A stretch of 37,371 nucleotides of DNA from a virus. The stretch is from the IMG/VR virus record IMGVR_UViG_3300045988_009599; one strand, given 5' to 3'. The translations under genes and the position numbers were made by a program. Under the pieces are notes generated by a model. That model did no database searches and was not told the origin of the DNA. It worked only from the letters and a program-made list of their open reading frames with translations. Shown here in pieces: positions 32,476-37,371 of this stretch (within the stretch, counting starts at the first letter, position 1; each line of letters opens with the position of its first letter).

Positions 32476-32720
32476 GTTGCTTCCTCCTTCGTATCCGGCG
32501 CAAATTCCGCTGATTTTACCAGCGCCTCCATTCGTTCGCACATCTCGGCCTCTTTTCTGTAGCTTTCCGCGATATCTGCAACAGTCTCCTTGTATGCTCC
32601 AGTTGCCTCTGCAACGCGGCTCGCGTAAACGTTCGCCTTATATTGTGCGTTGATCGACGCGAGGGCCACCGTAAATTTCAGGTTGACCCATTGCTCAGTT
32701 GTAAGCATCAGCTTAACCAT
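32463..32720 (-). CDS. Hypothetical small protein, 85 aa (tandem paralog B)
   Basis: Internal ATG (MVKLMLTTEQWVNLKFTVALA...). Ends ...SAEFAPDTKEEAT. Confidence 0.55.
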   Translation of the reverse strand: MVKLMLTTEQWVNLKFTVALASINAQYKANVYASRVAEATGAYKETVADIAESYRKEAEMCERMEALVKSAEFAPDTKEEATCGI

Positions 32721-32934
32721 TCCGCTTATCCTCCTTCGCTTCCTGCATCTTCCTGACGAGCCGCGCCAGACGGGCGTTTTGCGTCTCGAGCTTCTGCGCG
32801 TCCAGGTCAAGCCCCTTGCGCTTCAGCCCGTTTATGATCTGCGCCGCCTGGCACTCACAGACCAGCGCCGCCTCGATCAGATCATGCAGCTCCTGCGCAT
32901 CCAGCGTCAGGGTGTAGGTCTTGACGTTTGCCAT
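32713..32934 (-). CDS. Hypothetical small helical protein, 73 aa
   Basis: ORF-track ORF with an AGGAG RBS. Confidence 0.5.
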   Translation of the reverse strand: MANVKTYTLTLDAQELHDLIEAALVCECQAAQIINGLKRKGLDLDAQKLETQNARLARLVRKMQEAKEDKRNG

Positions 32935-32969
32935 AATATCGACTCCTATGTACGCGCCTTCCGGCGCGT

Positions 32970-33182
32970 TTAATTTTCAGCTGCCGGCAGGCGGCCTTCC
33001 GCTATGGCGTTCTCAAGGATCCTCCAGGCCGCGCGCCGCGCGGCCTGCCGGTTCGCTTCCTTCTGCTCCGGCGTCAGCCGACGCAGGTAGTTGTCGGCGA
33101 TATACGCCGTGCAGTTTGGGAAATGATACTCGGCCACGATGTGCGGCTCTTCGTCCGCGATCGGGTCATACGGTTTTCGCAT
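32970..33182 (-). CDS. Hypothetical small protein, 70 aa
   Basis: ORF-track ORF with a GGAGG RBS. Confidence 0.5.
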   Translation of the reverse strand: MRKPYDPIADEEPHIVAEYHFPNCTAYIADNYLRRLTPEQKEANRQAARRAAWRILENAIAEGRLPAAEN

Positions 33183-33226
33183 GGTTCAGCCTCCTTCCGG
33201 CTCTAGTTTTTCCAGATTTTTCAGCT

Positions 33227-33382
33227 TTACGCAGTTTGCTTGTCCTGCTCGGGCTCCTGCTTGGCTTCCTTTGCCAGCGCCATGCCATAGGCGATATCGC
33301 TCAGACGCTGCATCTGTGCCGGTGTCAGCTTCTCAGTATTCTTGCTCAGGCTTTCCATGACCTGCTTTTCTTTTTCGGACAT
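33227..33382 (-). CDS. First early-lytic ORF, 51 aa (not in the ORF track)
   Basis: Hand translation gives MSEKEKQVMESLSKNTEKLTPAQMQRLSDIAYGMALAKEAKQEPEQDKQTA. GAGGTGGG RBS. Lies directly downstream of the leftward promoter. Confidence 0.5.
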   Translation of the reverse strand: MSEKEKQVMESLSKNTEKLTPAQMQRLSDIAYGMALAKEAKQEPEQDKQTA

Positions 33383-33396
33383 TGTTCCCACCTCGC

Positions 33397-33529
33397 ATTG
33401 TCACGACAATTTACTGCCGCGTTTTGTATTGTGACTACACTGTACCACCCTTTTTGTGTTTTGTCAATACATTTATGCAAAATATTTTTACCGTTTTTGT
33501 ATTGACAATACACTTGCCTCGTGTATAAT
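33397..33529. promoter_or_regulatory. Divergent lysis-lysogeny switch with operators sharing a TTGTCAAT/ATTGACAA core and two promoters
   Basis: Palindromes ATTGTCACGACAAT (33397-33410) and GTATTGACAATAC (33499-33511). Half-site copies at 33424-33436 and 33461-33470. Rightward promoter TTGACA 33502-33507 / TATAAT 33524-33529. Leftward promoter TTGACA (rc of 33462-33467), 17 nt, TACAGT (rc of 33439-33444). Confidence 0.7.
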
Positions 33530-33550
33530 ATAGTCAAGGAGGTAATACGT

Positions 33551-33922
33551 ATGACAATCAACGATCGGATCAAAGAGATTCGCAAGATTTCCGGGCTCTC
33601 TCAAACTGACTTTGCGGAGCGTCTCGGCACAACGCGCGGTGTGATTACAAATCTCGAGGGCGAGAAGACCACGCCGAACGAGCCGTTTATTAAACTGATC
33701 TGTCGAGAGTTTAATATCAATGAGGCCTGGCTCCGTACTGGCGATGGCGAAATGAAGCAGAAGCTTACGAGGAATCAGGAGATCGCCGAGTTCATGGGTG
33801 TCGTCATGCACGACCCGGACGACTCGCCGCGCAAGCGGTTTGTATCGATCATCAGCAAGCTCAGCGTTGACGAATGGCAGCTGCTCGCCGATATTGCAAA
33901 AAAAATGGCCGAGGACGAATAA
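33551..33922 (+). CDS. Phage repressor, XRE-family HTH (CI-like, no S24 peptidase domain), 123 aa
   Basis: AAGGAGG RBS. INDRIKEIRKISGLSQTDFAERLGTTRGVITNLEGEKTTP. Divergent from the early operon. Confidence 0.85.
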   Translation: MTINDRIKEIRKISGLSQTDFAERLGTTRGVITNLEGEKTTPNEPFIKLICREFNINEAWLRTGDGEMKQKLTRNQEIAEFMGVVMHDPDDSPRKRFVSIISKLSVDEWQLLADIAKKMAEDE

Positions 33923-33942
33923 CCGTCCTCGCCTCATTTTTT
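33911..33942. terminator. Bidirectional terminator between convergent transcripts
   Basis: Stem gaggacg / cgtcctc with loop aataac. T-runs follow on both strands. Confidence 0.65.
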
Positions 33943-33953
33943 GTGCTTCCGGT

Positions 33954-34064
33954 CTATGCGACCAGCGACCGCACAAAGCGCCACACAAGATCAAGCTCCG
34001 CTTCTGTGGCCTGCCGCAGCAGTTTTCTGATCTCCTGCATCAGTTCTGATCGTGTCAGTTCCAT
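33954..34064 (-). CDS. 36-aa ORF downstream of a LexA-box promoter (candidate antirepressor or SOS peptide)
   Basis: GGAGG lies 5 nt upstream of the ATG. MELTRSELMQEIRKLLRQATEAELDLVWRFVRSLVA. Not in the ORF track (under 60 aa). Confidence 0.4.
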   Translation of the reverse strand: MELTRSELMQEIRKLLRQATEAELDLVWRFVRSLVA

Positions 34065-34181
34065 ACGTTCCTCCATTCTTCCACAAAAAGGCCGTTCATT
34101 TTTTGTTCATTTTTCCGGTTGCGCGTTCCTTTTCCTTGGCTTACAATATTTGTAGGATGATTTATCCCCGCTCGCATAATT

Positions 34182-34210
34182 ATATTAGAACATGTGTTCT
34201 ATAATTACAA
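34182..34210 (-). promoter_or_regulatory. Leftward promoter TTGTAA-17-TAATAT with the SOS box in its spacer
   Basis: -35 is the rc of 34205-34210 and -10 is the rc of 34182-34187. The spacer is 34188-34204. Confidence 0.5.
34186..34201. promoter_or_regulatory. LexA (Cheo/SOS) box, Gram-positive type
   Basis: Perfect palindrome TAGAACATGTGTTCTA contains GAAC-N4-GTTC. It abuts a plus-strand TATAAT (34200-34205). Confidence 0.6.
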
Positions 34211-34256
34211 TTATGAGAGCCTACAAAAATTTATATGTCAAACTGGAGGTTTTGCC

Positions 34257-34421
34257 ATGCGACGTATCTGGCAGAAGTTTGCCCTTGTTTCGGTCTCCTG
34301 CCTGCTTGCGGTCGCTGCGTGGATCGGCCTTTTACACCTTGCGGATAACATTTCCGCCATCCGCTCTTATCGCGCGTCCGATCCTATCGTCCAGCAGGCC
34401 GCCAGCCACGTGGAGGAGTAA
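34257..34421 (+). CDS. Small membrane protein, 54 aa
   Basis: GGAGG lies 7 nt upstream. TM helix FALVSVSCLLAVAAWIGLL. Confidence 0.6.
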   Translation: MRRIWQKFALVSVSCLLAVAAWIGLLHLADNISAIRSYRASDPIVQQAASHVEE

Positions 34422-34423
34422 CT

Positions 34424-34915
34424 ATGTACTGTAACAAATGCGGTAAAGAGATCGACGACGAGGCTCTGATCTGCCCGCACTGCGGCTGCGGCACCTTGAA
34501 TTATATCCGCGATCAGGCAAAGGCGGAGGCCCGCGTGCAGGTGCAGGCCGCACCGGCGCGGAAAAAGCGCTCGACTGCTCTGCTGCTTTGCATTTTTCTT
34601 GGTGGCCTTGGGGCGCACCGGTTTTATGTAGGCAAGATCTGGACGGGTCTGCTCTGGCTTATCACGCTTGGCTTTTGTGGTATCGGCACATTGGTCGACT
34701 TCTGCCGGATCTATGATAACAAGTTCACAGACGACGCCGGGCGCCCGCTCTACGATGAGTACACGGATGGCATGACGCCTGAGGAATACGAGTCCGCCGT
34801 CGCTGGTCCCCGCAGAGTCAGGAAAGTTATCATCGTCATTGCCCTTGCGCTTTGCGCTGGCTGCTTCCTGTTCGTCCGCGTCATCCCCGGCCTCATGTAC
34901 GCGCTTGGTTTTTGA
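34424..34915 (+). CDS. Zinc-ribbon + TM2-domain membrane protein, 163 aa
   Basis: CNKCG...CPHCG. TM2-like LLLCIFLGGLGAHRFYVGKIWTGLLWLITLGFCGIGTLVDF. A C-terminal extra TM helix. Confidence 0.75.
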   Translation: MYCNKCGKEIDDEALICPHCGCGTLNYIRDQAKAEARVQVQAAPARKKRSTALLLCIFLGGLGAHRFYVGKIWTGLLWLITLGFCGIGTLVDFCRIYDNKFTDDAGRPLYDEYTDGMTPEEYESAVAGPRRVRKVIIVIALALCAGCFLFVRVIPGLMYALGF

Positions 34916-34921
34916 GATGTC

Positions 34922-34957
34922 GCCCGCGCCGCTGGCCGAACAACGGCGCGGGCTTTT
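34922..34957 (+). terminator. Rho-independent terminator
   Basis: 10-bp stem gcccgcgccg / cggcgcgggc followed by TTTT. Confidence 0.75.
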
Positions 34958-35042
34958 GCTTGCGCAGGCGACCGGGAGCCGTCCTTGCGCTTCCAGCGTA
35001 TGCCTGTTTTTCGTTTTCAGCAACTACCAGTTATGAGAATTT

Positions 35043-35537
35043 ATGAGATTTTTTGAGAAATCCGCATTTTCTGGATTTTCATTTTTGGAAAGGATCGTGG
35101 AAACCTTGGAAACCTGTGAAAATCGCATCCGTTCAGAGCGTTTGTCTCGCGGCATGACGCTGAACGATCTGTCCGACGCCTCCGGCGTTTCCGTCGCCAG
35201 CCTCTCGCGCTATGAGCGCGGCTGCGACGTCCCTTCGTCCGCTCTGCACCGGATCGCGGACGCGATGGACACGGACAGCGCCGTGCTGCTGGACCAGCCG
35301 GATAAAATGCCGCGCATCGCCGAGCTTGAGCTGCGGCTCAAGCATGCTAAAGCGATCATTTCCAAGCAGGAACAGATCATCCGCCAGAAGTCCGTCGAGG
35401 CGCGGCGCAAGGATGTTTTGATCGGCGTGCTTGTGTGCATCGTTCTCGTCTCGCTTCTGGCGCTCCTCGTCGACCTTTGTAATCCCAATATCGGCTGGGT
35501 CCGCGCCTCCGCGCTTGCATCCTTTGTGCCCGTATAA
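35043..35537 (+). CDS. Membrane-anchored XRE-family HTH protein (start uncertain)
   Basis: HTH LSRGMTLNDLSDASGVSVASLSRYERG, a coiled segment, then TM VLIGVLVCIVLVSLLALLV. ATG 35043 lacks an RBS. In-frame TTG/GTG alternatives lie 14-21 codons downstream of it. Confidence 0.65.
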   Translation: MRFFEKSAFSGFSFLERIVETLETCENRIRSERLSRGMTLNDLSDASGVSVASLSRYERGCDVPSSALHRIADAMDTDSAVLLDQPDKMPRIAELELRLKHAKAIISKQEQIIRQKSVEARRKDVLIGVLVCIVLVSLLALLVDLCNPNIGWVRASALASFVPV

Positions 35538-35566
35538 CCGCCTGCCGCAGTGGTGAGAATCTGCTT

Positions 35567-37156
35567 ATGAAATTTACATCTACCTGGAAAATCGCCGACC
35601 CGCTCTCGCAGTATATCATTTACCTTCGCAAGTCCCGGAAAGACATGGACGCCGAAGCCCTCGGCCAGACCGACACGCTCAAGCGGCACAGAGCCGCGCT
35701 TCTGTCTCTTGCCGAGAGCCGCGGTCTTAATATCGTTGAGATCTGTGAGGAGGTCGTGACCGGTGATTCCATCGCCGTCCGGCCGGAGGTGCAAAAGGTG
35801 CTACAGCTTGTGGAGACCGGCGCGTACGCAGGCGTCCTGGTCATGGAGGTCGAGCGTCTTGCCCGCGGCGACACAATCGACCAGGGCATCATTGCGCAGA
35901 CCTTTAAGTACTCCAACACCATGATCATCACGCCGAATAAGTCCTACGATCCAAACAATGATATGGACGAGGAGTACTTTGAGTTCGGACTTTTTATGTC
36001 CCGCCGCGAGTACAACACCATCAAGCGTCGCCTGACACGCGGCAAAGAGGCGTCCATCCGCGAGGGGAAATGGATCTCCGGCAAGACGCCCTTCGGCTGG
36101 CTGCGGGAGAAGATCCCGAACGATAAAGGCTACATGCTCGTCCCACATCCGGAGCAGGCCCCGATCCTGCGGCAGATCTACGACTGGTACACCGGCGATG
36201 GCTGCGTCCGTGTCGGCTCGTCTGCGATCGCCACGCGCCTGAATCGTCTCGGTGTCCAAACAAATACCGGCAGCCGCTGGACTGCCAGCGCCATCCTTGA
36301 GGTCCTGCGCAATCCGGCAAACGCTGGCTGGATCAAGAGCAAGGGGCGCCCGGAGATCAAGCATATCGTCGACGGCTCCGTCGTCGTCAGCCGCCCCCGC
36401 GCCAGAATTGAGGATCTGACGCTTCACAAGGGCCTGCACAACGGGCTTATCTCGCAGGAGCAGTTCGACCGGGCCGTTGCCCTGAGTTATTCCACAGCCA
36501 GCCCGCGCGGAAAGGGCGCATGGAAAACCGCGACCAGTCTTGCTGGCCTCGTGCGCTGTGACCAGTGCGGCCGCATCATGGTCCGCCGGGCGACATCCGG
36601 TGGCCGAAAAGACACATTTCTGTGCCCCTCGTATGGCTGCACCACCGTCAGCGCATGGTACGACGAGGTTGAGGCAGCTGTTCTCGATGCGCTCCGCGGT
36701 TGGTTGCATGAGTTGGAGGTCGGCGAAGCCGCTTCCGCGGATGACAGTTCTCTTCTCAGCGCCCTGTCCTCCGCCATTTCCGCCGATCAAAAGCAGCTTG
36801 CCAAACTGGAGGCGCAGGAAACCCGCGCCTACGAATTTGTCGAGACCGGCGTCTACACGCCTGAGGTTTTCCTCCAGCGCTCGCAGTCGCTGGCAGCCGA
36901 CAAGCTGGCTATCCTTTCGCGCATTGATGAGACCCAGCGTGCCATTGACGATATCGACCGTGCAAAGCAGGCGCGTGCCCGTCTCGCCCCTGCCGTCCGC
37001 CACGTGCTCGAAACCTACCCTCTCGCCGGATCTGTGCAGGAGCAGAACGATCTGCTGAAAACCGTCCTGCAAAAGATCGTCTACCACAAACAGTCCAAAT
37101 CCTACAGCAAAGCCGGCAGCGACATGCGCGTCACCCTGTACCCCCTCACAGATTGA
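35567..37156 (+). CDS. Large serine recombinase (phage integrase)
   Basis: 529 aa. N-terminal resolvase domain (YLRKSRKD catalytic Ser context, VMEVERLARG), recombinase domain, Cys4 zinc ribbon (CDQCG...CPSYGC), C-terminal coiled coil. Confidence 0.9.
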   Translation: MKFTSTWKIADPLSQYIIYLRKSRKDMDAEALGQTDTLKRHRAALLSLAESRGLNIVEICEEVVTGDSIAVRPEVQKVLQLVETGAYAGVLVMEVERLARGDTIDQGIIAQTFKYSNTMIITPNKSYDPNNDMDEEYFEFGLFMSRREYNTIKRRLTRGKEASIREGKWISGKTPFGWLREKIPNDKGYMLVPHPEQAPILRQIYDWYTGDGCVRVGSSAIATRLNRLGVQTNTGSRWTASAILEVLRNPANAGWIKSKGRPEIKHIVDGSVVVSRPRARIEDLTLHKGLHNGLISQEQFDRAVALSYSTASPRGKGAWKTATSLAGLVRCDQCGRIMVRRATSGGRKDTFLCPSYGCTTVSAWYDEVEAAVLDALRGWLHELEVGEAASADDSSLLSALSSAISADQKQLAKLEAQETRAYEFVETGVYTPEVFLQRSQSLAADKLAILSRIDETQRAIDDIDRAKQARARLAPAVRHVLETYPLAGSVQEQNDLLKTVLQKIVYHKQSKSYSKAGSDMRVTLYPLTD

Positions 37157-37183
37157 TCCCCCGCCTTCCAAACAAAAATCAAA

Positions 37184-37220
37184 AAACCCGTGTAATTGAG
37201 ATCCTCAATTACACGGGTTT
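37184..37220. terminator. Bidirectional terminator, perfect 17-bp-arm palindrome
   Basis: aaacccgtgtaattgag-atc-ctcaattacacgggttt. A long T-run follows on the minus strand. It lies between the convergent integrase and wrap-around cargo gene. Confidence 0.7.
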
Positions 37221-37244
37221 CATTCATGTGTACCGGCTAATTGC

Positions 37245-37371
37245 CTATTTTGCAATATGCTCATAATACGCCATGAGCTTGCGCTCCGGTCCCGGCCCGT
37301 CCTTATCGCACAAAAACGCCTTGGCCAGAGCGGCGTAAAACTCTGGGCGGTTGAGTCCAAACTCTACGGCG
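37245..37371 (-). CDS. 3' end of the wrap-around cargo CDS (same gene as 2-460)
   Basis: TAG at 37245-37247. 37253-37371 duplicates 1-119. Confidence 0.7.
   Translation of the reverse strand, partial: AVEFGLNRPEFYAALAKAFLCDKDGPGPERKLMAYYEHIAK
37253..37371. repeat. Terminal direct repeat, copy 2
   Basis: Identical to 1-119. Confidence 0.95.

Larger units (their letters stand above)
1..37371. mobile_element. Complete temperate siphovirus-like phage genome, circularly closed contig (unique length 37,252 bp)
   Basis: Full packaging, head, tail, lysis, early and lysogeny modules are present. An exact 119-nt terminal overlap has a CDS reading across it. A serine integrase and a repressor are present. 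Confidence 0.85.

Noticed and set aside
32952-32977. The hairpin acgcgcc-ttcc-ggcgcgt followed by TTTAATTTT, considered as an internal terminator of the early operon.
   Set aside because: The T-run follows the stem only on the plus strand, and the early operon is transcribed on the minus strand. At most it could stop antisense transcription, so it was not called.
34192-34434. ORF-track ORFs starting at 34192 and 34194.
   Set aside because: Their ATG codons lie inside the LexA-box palindrome and promoter. The 34192 frame looks non-coding. In the 34194 frame the credible start is the internal ATG at 34257, which has GGAGG 7 nt upstream.
35801-37171. A 456-aa minus-strand ORF opposite the integrase gene.
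   Set aside because: It is antisense to a serine recombinase with clear catalytic and zinc-ribbon motifs. Its composition is G/A/R/L-rich, it has no RBS, and it runs into the terminator.
1-37371. A search for CRISPR arrays, tRNA/tmRNA genes, reverse transcriptase (DGR or retron), transposases and toxin-antitoxin pairs.
   Set aside because: I saw no regularly spaced repeat-spacer structure, no cloverleaf/T-loop (GGTTCGAATCC-like) sequence, no YxDD-type RT ORF and no DDE or IS-like ORF. The absence is by eye only and should be confirmed with tRNAscan-SE, Infernal and HMM searches.

Overview
The window is a complete temperate siphovirus-type phage genome, assembled as a closed circle. The first 119 nt (1-119) recur exactly at 37253-37371, and one minus-strand gene reads across that junction, so the unique length is 37,252 bp. 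GC is high (spot counts around 60-65%). GGAGG-type ribosome-binding sites and a Gram-positive GAAC-N4-GTTC SOS box suggest a high-GC Firmicutes (Clostridia-like) host; this is inference.

Layout:
- (a) 2-1488 (-): a three-gene cargo operon of unknown function, reading across the circle junction.
- (b) 1631-3255 (+): two tandem copies of a cassette made of a consensus promoter with a palindromic operator, a small hyper-acidic protein and an HTH protein. The architecture resembles acr-aca anti-defence operons.
- (c) 3572-5180 (-): lysis cassette.
- (d) 5202-23193 (-): late operon. In transcription order: RinA-like regulator, HNH, TerS, TerL, portal, ClpP-like protease, HK97-type capsid, neck proteins, major tail protein, tail chaperone with a -1 frameshift, tape measure, Dit, Tal, fibres/RBP.
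- (e) 23246-33382 (-): early operon. Recognisable products are an HUH Rep-like protein, an orphan DPPY methyltransferase, DUF1064, a DUF4406-like protein, ASCH, YopX and a PAPS-reductase-like enzyme. It also holds many small ORFs and a 437-nt hairpin-dense non-coding tract.
- (f) 33383-37156: lysogeny module. It contains a divergent operator/promoter switch, an XRE repressor without a peptidase domain, and a LexA-box promoter pair. These are followed by a 36-aa ORF, small membrane/TM2 proteins, a membrane-anchored HTH protein and a large serine integrase.

I saw no tRNA, rRNA, CRISPR array, reverse transcriptase or transposase. All family names come from motif recognition by eye and were not confirmed by any search.
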